Shown: positions 50,614-63,112, counted from the stretch's first letter. The stretch: 64,000 bases of DNA from Paraphysomonas bandaiensis (GCA_965644295.1 CBFFRP010000380.1:257301-321300), one strand, 5' to 3'. The notes: a model not told the origin generated them from the sequence alone. A program made the numbers and translations.

Positions 50614-51750
50614 TTAACCTCTATACATCTTCTTGTGGACAAGAAACAGAGATAGTTTGAATATAAACAGAAACAGAAACAGTAAAACACAGTATTGTAC
50701 ATTCGAGAAAGGTGATGCTAATCCATCATGGGCCACACCAATCAAATTTCTCACGCGGGGAAATTGTGGCAGCTCTCCTCCAGTACGACCACCACGGTAG
50801 AGTAGTCTTCGGGAAGATGGCTGCAAGGCGCGACCTTTTAGCGCGTACTTATTGTGTAAAATATCCCGCAACTTCGCTATATCAAATACTGGTTTGGGGC
50901 CTTTTCCTCTTCCTTCCCTACCGGCAATAGCGGCTGTGGTATTGTGACTCTTCCAAAATCTACGTACTACGGCAACAATGTCATTGTTATCAGATATATT
51001 ATCGTCCCACAGACAAATCTGTAACGATGGCACGCCAGCAGCTTTAATGAGGGACATGGTTACAGTATTCAACGATACAAAAGCTTGCTGTAGTTCGACT
51101 AAAGCCTTAGACTTCCCAAACATTCTATCAAGCACGCGCGTTTGAACCAGAGCATCACTCACAATCTTCTCGCTTTGCATACAGCTGATAAAATCGTAAG
51201 GATGGAGAACATTCGCATTTTTCCATAGTTTCGGGTGACATATGGCACTAAATGGATGCAATGACAAACGGCGTTCGGCCCATTCCACTGGATCGCGGAG
51301 CGAAAGAATAACTGCTTGATCAGGAGCAAAATGGAGGATGTCTGGCAGAAGGCTATCAATGGGAAAATCAGAGGCAAACTCGTAATTCAAAAGTAAATTT
51401 GTAAGTGCGTGACGATAACTATCCAGAAGATCAGCAGATCGACATTTAATAGAGGGGTCGGCAATGCATATCCCAATAGCTAAAGTCCACTCCTGCATTG
51501 CTGTCTGTCCACCTTCTATATTGCATCCATCCAAAAAATGCATTGCGGTAACTCCTAATTCCGAGCATATTAATGCATTTATTGAACGTGTTCCAGTGGT
51601 TCCACTTCCTGCGTTAATAGACTTCAACATAATAGATGACTGATTCACTCCGGGAAGAGTCAATCCATATCGAGGATGACGCAACACATTCGCTATATAC
51701 CGTGATACATGTCCATGCTGATGTATAGCTTTCGAACAATTGCTCTCCAT
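50614..51750 (-). CDS. Sulfotransferase-domain protein with C-terminal TM anchor (true start may be upstream or spliced)
   Basis: INAGSGTTGTRSI, FASDFP and VILSLRDPVEWAERR motifs of Sulfotransfer_4-like proteins. Hydrophobic C-terminus VLLFLFLFIFKLSLFLV. Confidence 0.75.
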   Translation of the reverse strand: MESNCSKAIHQHGHVSRYIANVLRHPRYGLTLPGVNQSSIMLKSINAGSGTTGTRSINALICSELGVTAMHFLDGCNIEGGQTAMQEWTLAIGICIADPSIKCRSADLLDSYRHALTNLLLNYEFASDFPIDSLLPDILHFAPDQAVILSLRDPVEWAERRLSLHPFSAICHPKLWKNANVLHPYDFISCMQSEKIVSDALVQTRVLDRMFGKSKALVELQQAFVSLNTVTMSLIKAAGVPSLQICLWDDNISDNNDIVAVVRRFWKSHNTTAAIAGREGRGKGPKPVFDIAKLRDILHNKYALKGRALQPSSRRLLYRGGRTGGELPQFPRVRNLIGVAHDGLASPFSNVQYCVLLFLFLFIFKLSLFLVHKKMYRG

Positions 51751-52106
51751 ACTGATATCGTATAAAAGTGGACCCTCTTCAGTGACATACAGCTGGACTA
51801 TGATATATTTATGATGCTGCGTACATGTATGTGTATCAGCTCATATGGCTGTATATGGCCAGCCAATTATGACATATACAGTGGTATACAGTGGTATTCC
51901 TATTGTCACCTATTTTTTTGTGATGTGTGATTCATCTGTGCGAAAGTTTCCACACGGATATACCGTATACTGCTGTATACAGCAGTATGTGCACCCTACC
52001 CTATACATGGGCACAGCAGCATGGCCAGACACAAGCCACCTTAAGGCGGCCACCTTCATTGGAATACTATGAAAATAATGCACTAACAGTGTTAATCACT
52101 TTTATT

Positions 52107-54276
52107 ATGAACAGAAAACTTGTTCTAATATCACTGGTTGTGTTGATATGTTTATCTGTATGGTTTTCACTCTATGGAACCAGTTCATTGGTTCCAAATG
52201 ACTCAAGATCAATCCTTCCATGGGGCAGTCAACTGCTGGACAGTCAACCACTGAATATTCATCGTGCAATTAGAAAATGGGAAGAAAATGAATATGCAAT
52301 GCGAAACCGTGTCAACGAAGTACTGAGCAATCCTGATCTTCTGCAATGTGATATGAATGCAAACGTCACTTTTGTTATGCCAACATATGGATCAAGATCG
52401 TCGATTACAAAATCCATACAATCCATTTTAAAGTTAGATGATTGTGCGTGGCGTTTGATTGTTGTATACCCTGTTGTTGATGATACTGTCAGTGGATTGC
52501 ATGAGGATGCGCCATTCCAACTGACGACTATCCCGCAGTATATTTGGCAAGACCCTCGAATATACTTTCTACCGTTCAAGAGCGCAGTGGGAATACATTA
52601 TGGGGGGTCACAAAGAAATGCAGCATTCCGGCACATAAGTACACCGTGGGTAGCCTTTATCGACGATGACGATATCATAACTGTAGACTATATTACACTA
52701 CTCAAGGAAGAGGTACACAACTTCCCTGAAGCAGCTGCAGTGCTGTTCCGTATGTCATGTATAACATGTGAGCACTCTATAGTTCCACCCGAATCTTATA
52801 GCACAATAGAAGCTAACCATGCTGGCATAAGCTTCGCTGTTCGTCGGGTAGTAGTTACTCCTCTGGGCAATCATCGGTTTGTGGATGGGCCCATTGAGGC
52901 CTTCAAATTTCTACATGATATGATCCGTGGTGGCCTGGGTGTGGTGCTCTCCGGATCAGTGACGTATCTAGTGAAGGGCAACTATGTAAAACCCGAAGTT
53001 CCAATTCCCTCTACACTTATTCGCCTCGCTGATGACAGCGTTACGGAAAGCAAACTGTCTGTCGTCAGACCCTTTCTAGGATTCGATTTTCCCGAAAAAG
53101 ATAGCATTTTCTTCGGGTCGAATGTTCGCGGATTGCAGCAATCACTGGAGCATCTACGTGGAGTTGGTTGTGTAGATAGTACGTTTCTTGACTCTGTTGC
53201 AGTGGAAGTACACTTCGGGTTCAAAACTCCTGTTGTTGATAGTAAAAAGCACCTAATCCAGGTGCAGGTGGAGCAGATACATAACAGAACCATACCCCGA
53301 ACAAACACACTCGTCTTTTCGTCACAGTACCTTCAGAAAATGCGCAGTGCTAGTCAAGTGTGGGCAATAGCTCCCTCTCATTACAGATTTTTGACACAAA
53401 CGTTGGGGCTGAGCAACGTTTTTTTTGTGCCTATGTGGCATATGACTGAGTCAGACGTGACTCTAGATTCGGTTTTGAATAGGAAAAAGCAGATACAACT
53501 AACAGCTCCGACGAAACACCAGGAGTGTGCGCCTGCTACAGTGCATCCCATTCTTTTTGAAGGAGATTCCTACCATGTGGGAAACTGTGTTTTGTACCCT
53601 GCAAACTGCCCCCAAGAAAAAGTCTATTCCAGTAGCACCCCTCTCTGCAAGCTCTCTCGAGTACTCTTCTTCGGCGCAGTTCGGCACAGTCAAAACGGTA
53701 GACGAGAACGACTCTGTCAGGTAATGAGCAAAGGGGTGGACGACTTCATATGTTATGAAGGAGTTTTTGGTTTGTACTTAAGCCGCCTGATTCACGCCGC
53801 CGACGTGGTGGTGCTGGACCGCTACTATGCTGTCTCTACGCTAGAATCCCACCGCATCGACCCACTGCTGTTGAAGGGGAAAGTTATTGTCAGCACACAT
53901 TCTTTTGGTGCGTGCGCCGTTATCTTTATAACTGTCTAGGTAATCGTCTATTTCAGACAGGGATCTCGAACTAGTGTACAACAACTCCATAGTGTTCGTA
54001 GACCGCATTGAGGACATGCCGGGCACTGTCAATAGAATCCTCAGCGATCAGCTTATGTTAAAGAGAATGTCTGCGTACAATAAAGATTTTATACGGCAGA
54101 AGGTGTGTCCTTGTTCGATGCAAAACGTGGTCACTAATAGTTCGCAGATGTTGCTATCGGAGCCACTATGTGCCGCCTTGACCGCGCTGCCACGATCCGT
54201 CATGTCTTATGATGCTGTAAACGTTGCAACGGGGAGTACCAAACTGGAGAAATGGCAGCAATATAAATATTGGTAG
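52107..54276 (+). CDS. Type II membrane bifunctional glycosyltransferase (GT2/GT-A domain plus second GT-B-like domain), three exons
   Basis: N-terminal anchor MNRKLVLISLVVLICLSVWF. GT2 motifs VTFVMPTYG and RNAAF..WVAFIDDDD. Second domain QVEQ..VW, VLFFGA..RR, GVFG, LESHRIDPLL..GKVIVS. Introns at about 53908-53956 and 54103-54147. Confidence 0.82.
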
Positions 54277-54703
54277 AGCATATATATATTATAAGCAATT
54301 TTCTAGAGGTTAGTATGTACTCTTTGCATTATCATATTTTCACAATATGCACTAATTGTACGACTCAATGACATGGTTTAATATATTTGATAAAAGTGAA
54401 GTGCACAGCTGGTTAGGACATTTGAACAATTATATCTACTTGTGATATATTCTTTGCCACTGTAGAGATACTGTAAAGAATATAAGAGTTTGTAGAAATG
54501 ATACAAGCAATACAATACCAATTCTCAGATATGCGATGTACACTTCATCTATAAATTCAACACCATTCCCTATGGAAAGTGGAAATAATCTGCTATAATA
54601 TGCTAAATCCGTTTAGCTAAATGAAATCACATTGCATAAAATATAAACCCATCAACATTGTTTTGTTAAGAAGCACAAGCCTGGCCTGTGCGTGCGTTGC
54701 TGA

Positions 54704-56112
54704 CAGGGCTGCGTATCAATTAATTGTCAATTATTGATAATTGCAATAATAGAAATTGGGTCAGCGAATCATAATTGCAATTATAATAGACTCCAACTTG
54801 CTTCAATTAATTGATAAAATATTCTATCAATTTGTCACTGGTAAGTTGATATAAAACAGCATTTTTGTGTTGAGAAGTCAAATTTTTACGAGAATACCCG
54901 AAGATTAGTAGAATCCAATAAAATCTATTGGATTTAATTCACATAACATTTCATTTAATCGATCAGCGTTATGAGCGATAAACTGGTTCCAGAAGTCACT
55001 GCTCGAATGTTCTTCAAGAAAATAAATGAAAACAGCGGAGACGTTGCATTAGAGGCTTGGCAATGTCGGGAGTATTGAGAATTGCTCATTTTAAGCTAGT
55101 TCACAGAGAGAATTTGTCGTAAGACTAGATAGATTTATTAATATCGTTTACACGAAGTTGTGATAACCAACACTAACTCATTATAATCCCTGCATAATAT
55201 CCTACATATGCGAACCTCTCGTTACTGAACATATCTTGAAAGATCAAACTATTTCAGTTTCTCAATATCATCTCAGCATTTGTACATCACTATATTTCAC
55301 TGTATTCTCGTACATTGTCTTCAAGTGACATACTGAATATATACTAGAATAAGATCCATATTCTAATAGGGTGTGTCCTGTAAGAAAAGGTGTTCTGAAG
55401 CAAAATAAGGGTCATGAATGGAGTAACCTCTAGCAGCATGCTATTAAACACGGTGTGGTGGTTGCGATGGATAAATCCATAGAGCGTAAGGTATCACCTA
55501 AAATATAACTACAAAAGAAAGGTGAATATCAAGTAGATATCCACGGCTTTTGGATATCAAGGCATCCAATAGTCGAACGTCACCTGGGCGACAATTCTGC
55601 TATTATTCATAACGCTGCATTCAAAAAGGCAGTCGTGAAAATTCCAAGTGACACAACGAAGTCTGACATATCCGGACGGAAAAGGATCAAATAAACATAT
55701 TTTCGCTTAATGAGGATAAAGAAGATGATGACAGTGAAAGTCTAGTTCAGAATGACAACACAGCACAACGTTTGATTGGTGGTAGCAGACAGCGGAGCAA
55801 GCACGTCTTAACAAGCAAACTCGCTACCGCAGCATGAAGCACTTGCATTCCACAACCAATAAAATTGAAAGATTATTCAGTAAAACTATCATTGTAAAAC
55901 TGATTGCGCAAGCGTATGGTTTCTCGGAATTTAAAGCTACTTCTGTATTTATACGCATGAATCGTTGCCTCAGGAGTGAAATTACAGCTGAGCAAACTAT
56001 GTTGGCAGCTAATGTATATAGCTACTTGAGCACATAGTTTGGTATCTTAATAGCAATTAATTGCAATTATAATTTATTATGACCTGTGTCAATTAATTGA
56101 TACGCAGCCCTG
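54704..56112 (+). mobile_element. Non-autonomous hAT DNA transposon (1409 bp)
   Basis: Perfect 23-bp TIR CAGGGCTGCGTATCAATTAATTG and perfect 8-bp TSD GTTGCTGA (54696-54703; 56113-56120). Internal remnant STTNKIERLFSK...FIRMNR of the hAT dimerization region (55834-56037). Confidence 0.93.
55073..55368. mobile_element. TA-flanked MITE nested in the hAT element (inverted copy of 23441-23734)
   Basis: 296-bp near-identical reverse complement of 23441-23734, with about 3 substitutions and a 2-bp indel. Confidence 0.8.
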
Positions 56113-56956
56113 GTTGCTGACACTGCGTAACTTGACTCTTCACATGTATATAGTTAATGTTGTATACACTAAGCATTGTACTCATTAGGCTTGAACAATA
56201 CTATAGAATTATCTTAGCTCTGTGTCAATATACTAGAGTAGATCGTGCAGAGTGTGTCGTACACTGCATGTCAGGTAGTAGCATAGTGGTAAAATGATGT
56301 AGAGATAACAATGACAATGTTAATGTACAGCATAGATAGTATGAAGTACATGTATAATATATATACATATCTGTGTGTATGGCAGTATGGCAGAGCTCGC
56401 GGTATCATATACCAAATAAGATAATAATGGCGCACAATCATACTACTACACATTACACTATGTACGTTGATATGTACCTGTATGTATCTAGCAGTACCTT
56501 CTAAAATCCTAATGGCACTACGACTATTCGATTACTAATTGATATAACTCCACTCCATAATCTTTATGTGTCTAAGAGAATCTCGTAGCTCCTCATAGAA
56601 TCCCACACAATTAAAAACCCGAGTTTCCTTCAAGGGCAATTACACGCAGTAAGTCGGACAAATCCATCTCTGAAATCTCCGCATGACCGAGATGATACAC
56701 TTCTCTTAGATGATCTCTCAGTTCTCCAGAAACAACCTTTTGTAAACGCACAGTGGTCTGTTCCTCTTCTTGAAAATCCAATATTTGTTTGACAGCTCTA
56801 GCCACTTTAGAAAGCTTTAGTTCATTGATACGAACTTTGCAAGTTCTTTCCTCACGCATTACGACAGTCTGTTGCACATTTGGAAGGTTGGCATTCTTTT
56901 TTAATTCCCTGAAAAGCTTCCCAGGTTTCTTGCCTCCTAACAAAGCTTGAGTTCTA

Positions 56957-59609
56957 CAGTTCGTTCACTCATAACTAACTGCTCCTAATATCAGCAAGTA
57001 TATTTCTAGAACTAGACATAAGTCTTAAAAAGTAAGCATATGCACTGAAAGCTTATGTCACAAAGATATATGAGACAAAGTGTTAGCTTCTACCTACAAG
57101 CCGTTTTACTATACCGTTAAGATAAGTGAAAGTGAACAGTTCAAAATTCGTGATTTTTACCCTTACAAAATATGGCCCTAATCCATATCACCATTCCTGT
57201 GAATAGTGAAGTGTACAGCCACCTCAGATGGGTTCTGTATATCTTCCATTTCTTTTTCAGACATAAACTTAGGGTTATTTGCTAGTATATTCTCTCTAAT
57301 GTCATCGTCAGGTACAGTTACATTGTCATACACACCACCCAACAAATTGTCCTGTCTGAGCCAGATATTCATACAATCATGCGCATGTCTAACCAAAGAA
57401 TCACACTCAATGGCTATAGAATGCTTTTTGAAGTAGTGTTGTATCCACTTCATGTCTCTACCAGAAAAGTACCTTCGTCCAATGCTATTTTTGATGTTTG
57501 CCCAGTAGAGTTCTATCGGTTGGAAATTACACATGTAAGGTGGGGTAAATATCACCTCCCAACCAAGCTCCGCAAAGCGACATTCTACCCAAGTCAGCAA
57601 GTCGCGAGGCTTGTGATCAGCTAGAATGTCGTGAACAGCCTCTTGAAGCTCCCTGAGAGATGGACCTGCTGGAGAATTTGGAAACCCTCCATGCCTAGGC
57701 ACTTCAAACTGAAGCAGCGTGCCATTCCTGTTGACAGTAATACGGGACCCCCTAGGCAGACACTTGCGCAAATGCAGCGTACACTCACTCTTGCTGAGAC
57801 GATGTGGGTTAATCATGCCTCCCATATGGTAGGGGGCATTGTCCAATACTAGTATGCAAGGGGTACCAGGATACTTTCTCTTCCATGTTGGAACAAAACA
57901 ACAGTTAATCCATTTCTGAAACGACTCGAAATTCATGGCATGTGGTAGTCTCCTGATTTTGTATAGAGGAAGGACCACAACGTCGACCATAATTTACCTT
58001 TTTCATTCTCTAATTGCCAACGAATTGCACCATCAGAAGTAATTGCATCGACAATTATCAAACGATCTCCCTTAGACGACTTTGTTCCTTGCCGTGTCAC
58101 TCCTTTGGGTCCTATGCCAGTCTTCCTGCTATGATATCTCCACACCCATGTCTCATCCATGTATGCAATGCAGGCACTCCCTTGTTTTTCCTTTTTAATT
58201 GCATCTGTAGAGACGCTAATGTTAATACACACCATAACAAGTAATAAATGTTACGGTATCACAGCACATACATCATCATCGGTTTTTGTATATAAAATAA
58301 CATAATTTCTTCAACAATAACGTACCACTATACAACAGCATAAATCGTCGGATTTGCAGTGTTATTTTTACTGAAGTAGTGTTATACGGAATGACACCAT
58401 TAACATAATCAAAGTCAAAACACATTCGTTTTCGTAAAGCGGTGTATGACACTTTGATGTCAAATTGGTTCTCGAGATACCGATGCAGGTCCGCATATGT
58501 ATGCCTTACTCCAACCCTCAATTCATTCATAATGTAGTCATGACATGAAATAAGCATCTCTTTCTGAATTTTCATGTGCTCATAAACATAGGCCTTGCTG
58601 CCTGTACCTCGAGTTGGTGCTATACTGCACGGGGTACAGTACACTTCTTGACCATTTGTGTCATACTCCTGAATGATATGTCTAACAGTCGTGTCGCCCA
58701 TCTGTAATGCGTCAGCAGTAAATTTAATGGCTGCGGTGTGATTGCTTGCTCTCTTCTTCATAATAACATTAGAATAGATGCGTAAGACATTAACAACATC
58801 ATCGAATGATGCCAATTGGCCCTGAGGTCGACATAGCTCCTCCCGCATGGCAACAGCCCTGTCTCTGAAGTCACACTGAACTTCTGCTTTTTCCTCCACC
58901 ACCTCAGGGTCTTCTTGGACTAATTCTTCCTCTATCCCTACTGGACGTCGCCTTGCACGTAATTCTCTTTTCTCTCTATTCTTCCTGCCCTTTTGACCGT
59001 GCATTGTATCCACTGCAGACCTCTTTCCACGGGATGATTTTCTGACAGATTTTGATCTCTTGTTAATCGCCATGTTTGAAACAAGCAGGCCCTTAAATAA
59101 AAATACCCAACGTGAGATTGTCACCAGTGATGTTGCGATACTTACCACGAAATATGGAGTTCGTTTGAGGTGAAATGCAAAATATATATTTTGCACGCCA
59201 CCGGACCTCGAAAATTTTGGGACCACTGTGTTGGCATCACTCTAATATTGGACATAGAGTATGAATGAGATATCTTAAGCATGCAAATGGAAGCCTGTGA
59301 CCTGAGTGACAGTGTCAAGTCGGTTTGGAAGGGTGTGTGGGTGCTGTCGTGGTGAAATTGAGAGATTTCCTGAAATATCATTATCAACGTATCGGCAGCC
59401 AGCATCTTAGTTTTCGGAAATAAATTGAATCAAAATATCCTATACATTACTGAACTATAACTACGGTTGGAATACAGATAATTGTTGACTCAATATTAGA
59501 GGCATCTTGGAACAAAAATACACAAAGGATGCCGATACGAAACTCAATAACTGAAAAAAACGTAACTGTCGACCGTTTTTTGAGCAATTAGTTATGGGTG
59601 ATCGAACTG
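56957..59609 (-). mobile_element. IS630/Tc1/mariner-group DNA transposon (long DDE spacing, Sailor-like), 2653 bp
   Basis: TIRs of about 28 bp, CAGTTCG(T/A)TCAC(T/C)CATAACTAA(C/T)TGCTC. TA TSD at 56955-56956 and 59610-59611. Encloses a transposase. Confidence 0.93.
57178..59073 (-). pseudogene. DD109E transposase, one intron, one frameshift
   Basis: HTH-like N-terminus. Intron about 58325-58205. Motifs YMDETW, GDRLIIVDAI, GDYH|AMN (one base missing near 57940), VLDNAPYH and TPPYMCNFQPIELYWA. Confidence 0.85.
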
Positions 59610-60121
59610 TAGTAGGGAATTCAGAAGCCACCTGCTGATCATCATCCTCCTCAGCATTACCATTTGACTGAGCAGTAGATGTATCTTCCTCCTCCAACAA
59701 TTCTCTTACAGACTCATCCCGCCAAGGAGTGCGATAGTGCTCCGCTAAATTATGCAGAGTAGAGTATCTCCTCGTATCACGTTTCTTTACCAGTTTCGGC
59801 AACGTGTCAGGAACAGAAGGTGTTCCTTTCGTAACTGATTCAACCGCCCCTGGGATATTTTGATCTTCCCTTGAAATCGTGGGGCTCTGCGCTCTTGAGC
59901 TGACAGGTGTACCTCTACGTGAGGCCCGCTCTTCGAGTCGCGTAACTCTGACCGTAAGGTCATCTATTCTCGTATCGAATTTCCTCTCTAAGGCATCGAA
60001 TCGTGCAAGAATGATTTCGAGCATGGAAGGCTCTAGATCCTCCTTAACACTGCCTTCAGAACCAGAGTGGCTCTTAGGGCTACTCCTACCAACGGGAGTT
60101 CGCATCTTCCACCTTAGTTGC

Positions 60122-60579
60122 TGTTACACTCTTTAGTTTATATACCCTCACAGTGTTTATATACTGCGTCTATTCTGCGACTGCTAACTTTAATACAGCG
60201 ATCAAGCAATAACAAAGATGCACTGTCAAGTTTCACTGCTGCAGGTTTTCCACCTCAGAGTTACACAGCTCCCTCGGTTTCAGAGACTAACAAAGATCGA
60301 CAAGGAGGGAATTTAAAATTCGCTCACAGGTCTCAACGAAATAACTCAAATCCAGTCCAAAGTCCCCCGGAAGAAACTGACAAATCCACAGACCTGCGTA
60401 AGAATCCACCAAGACACCAAGACACCACTCAACACACTGACACAAGACACCCCTGCACAACGCACACAAGCAAGGTACACAGACAGGTCTATCTAAATGA
60501 TGTGTATCAAGAATTATTCGCAAGAATTCTTGTGCGAGCAAATAAGTAAATATTTACTATGGCGCAACCCGGTTTGACA
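60122..60579 (-). mobile_element. Putative 5' LTR (458 bp) of the gag-bearing element
   Basis: On the minus strand it starts TGTCAAAC and ends GTGTAACA (TG...CA, 6/8 terminal inverted match), 16 bp before the gag-like ATG. No partner LTR or canonical PBS was found. Confidence 0.45.
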
Positions 60580-61986
60580 ACCGAAATCACGGCTCGCAGT
60601 ACAGGTATGCCACACACACACAAGTATAGGAACAATGTATTATTAATGTTTTTGACCACACTAAGCAATAACCTAATGCCCAGTTAATGATTTCCGCCAG
60701 AAATCACCACGCAGGTAACACCGCCAGTGCAACAAGATCGTTGGCACCAAGCACTTCGGTTAAGCCTAAACAAGTGCATAACACCATAGCATACATGTTA
60801 CACCCACTCCTACTCCTCAACAACATCACAACACCCGGCAACGTCACAACCCCCCACAGAAACGTGTTTATTCTATAAACTGAATACACACAGCAACCTA
60901 GGAGCAACGTATAACCGCATAGTAATAGTACACTACATCCTACGTTTTACTTTCTACCTAAATACCCATGCAAAAACAGTCTACCCCCACTTTGGTGTAT
61001 TTTAGCATTCAAGAACCCAAAACCCCTAATATCCAGGTTATTCGTAAATACCATCCTGCATCATGCCGCAATTGATTCCCCACTGAGTCTGGTATGAACA
61101 CCCGTGCACCTCGAGTATATAATATCCATTCACCCTTGATGTGATATGTACAGGGGGGATTCGAAATAAACGACAGTCTAATGAATGCTATGCTAGGTCA
61201 AGCTAGTTAGCTAGCTAGATGCTCTAGATAGATTCATATGAACACTTATATAAAATGCTATCTTGAAATACATGGGTCTTGCTTATTCTAATTTACATAC
61301 ACATGCATGCGTTTGCTGCAAATTAACGACAAATATTGATATATGCTAAATTTCACCTAATCTTATAGTTCAGTACAGTACCATCTAGTTCTCATTATTG
61401 CTTGCGCATGTAACAGAAAAGCAATAACTGTACCCCAATGAATGAACTGATTATTACTCAACAGCCCAATAGTACTCCAGCTACACACTCTACTACTCTA
61501 GTCTCTAGTACCACTACTTATTACCTGACACTAGCTGGGAGTCTCTGGAGCTGAAAGCCATTTCTGATGCATTTCTCTTTTTACCACGACTGAGAGCATT
61601 GCACAGTAAGTCGAGCATATCCACTACCTCACCTGCATGGTCTTCTTTTTCCATTTCAAACACGGTTTCATGCTGTAAATCAGCACATGAATCAACGACG
61701 TACTCGGACTGAACTTTCACTGCGCATTTCAAATGCTTTTCTCCCCTCCAATACTAATAGGCATACTGCTTGCTTGCGTCGTCTTCAATAACCTCGAGAC
61801 ATACACTCTCCGCTTTTCTACAGGTCACGGGAACCCACTTGTCACGCTCATTTTGTCGATAATGAGGCATAAACCTTTACAATAGCTCTCCCGCATAGTA
61901 ATGAAGCTTGCTATATACGAACTCACAGTTAATAATGGCACGATTCACAGTGTATTCGCTCTCTCAAATTCCTTCTGTGGGAATAA

Positions 61987-62104
61987 GTCGATCCAGCAGA
62001 ATATGTCGATCCAGCAAAAAAATCGACCTTTTTTCGTTATTTCTCTGAAATATATTCGTCAAAAAACAGCATGCATCAAAAAAACCTGGATTTTTTGCTG
62101 GATC
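61987..62104. repeat. Short direct plus inverted repeat (GATCCAGCA...)
   Basis: gtcgatccagca occurs twice in tandem. gatccagcaaaaaa(a)tc is inverted relative to gattttttgctggatc about 65 bp downstream. Confidence 0.6.
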
Positions 62105-63029
62105 TTATTTCCACACAGAAATGCTTATTGGAATTCCAAGAAATCACTATCTAAGTGCGTGGCATTCGCTACTTCAAAATTGAAGTTGCGGTTTCTGCAG
62201 CACGACATCAAGATTTCAGCTGGATGATGGTATCTTGTTCCCTCAAACCATCCCTATCTGCTTCTTGGAGTTCCAAAACGCTGTTCATATACCAGTGCCT
62301 GCCCATACTTCAATGTTCTGTTCGACGTCACACTTTAGTCAGCCGCATAGCATTTGCGATTCCTATACAATCACAACTTCACTGCAATCAAGTCAGAGTT
62401 ATCATCACGACTAAGATTCGTGTCCTCACAGTGAGTGTTGCCTGGAGTGACACTTCTTTATTGGCATGCTCCATTTCTGATTGGCTTCTGCGGTATGTTT
62501 TTTTGGACAAGACGATGAAAAACGACGCTTTTGTTCTCGTTAGCGCGAAGGGCATCCCAGTAGAGCTCATAGAACTCCCATACATACTCTCGTATCCAGA
62601 ATATACTCCAGAGCGCAAGTAAAAATCCCTTGCCTGACAATCCTGGAGTTTTACTTGCGCTCTGGAGCTGGAGGAAGATTTTACTCCCTTGCCTGATGAT
62701 CCTGCAGAGTGTTCGATCATGGAAGGCCGCAGTCCTGATCCCTTCTATCAGACATTGCATGCTCTTACTTGTCCAGATACACTGGATGAAATGATTCGTT
62801 ACTAATATTCGCCGCAAGAGAATGGATACTTTAAACGAGCAGCAGCATGTGGCAGCTCGAACAGCCGAACTGGAGACATCACGGTATCATGACCAGCTCA
62901 CTGAAACCAATTCATTTCCGTTGGCTGACTTAACACTTCTTCCTGCATCGTTTGTTTCTACTTGTAATATTTTTTGCTATCTGTTCCTTAGTCTTAGTTT
63001 GTTCCATTTTTACCATTAACTAACATTCG

Positions 63030-63112
63030 ATACTTAGTAACACTTACACGTAACCTTTCGACACTTAGTAACACTTACTTCTATTCACACTTAGTAACAA
63101 CTTAGTAACACT
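63030..63112. repeat. Degenerate tandem ACTTAGTAAC microrepeat
   Basis: Four copies of acttagtaac within about 80 bp. Confidence 0.6.

Larger units (their letters stand above)
56540..60105 (-). pseudogene. Gag-like ORF of a degenerate LTR retroelement, split by the DNA transposon
   Basis: Removing 56957-59609 and one TA joins ...SEFPT-R-TQALLGGKKPG... in frame (ORF 59461-60105 to ORF 56611-56943). N-terminal coiled coil. Frameshift near 56630. It lies just downstream of an LTR-like segment. Gag identity is inferred. Confidence 0.6.

Noticed and set aside
51927-52106. Upstream GTG/TTG-started extensions of the GT, ZIP (33304), cyclase (26492) and transposase (59226) ORFs
   Set aside because: These are eukaryotic genes. 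Downstream ATGs give proper signal or anchor N-termini for the GT, ZIP and cyclase, and a plausible basic N-terminus for the transposase.
57930-57960. Programmed ribosomal frameshift in the transposase
   Set aside because: No slippery heptamer at the junction (GAC TAC CAC AT GCC ATG). A 1-bp deletion or sequencing error is simpler.
60559-60575. TGGCGCAACCCGG as a tRNA primer-binding site
   Set aside because: It is on the strand opposite to the gag-like ORF and lies inside the putative LTR end.
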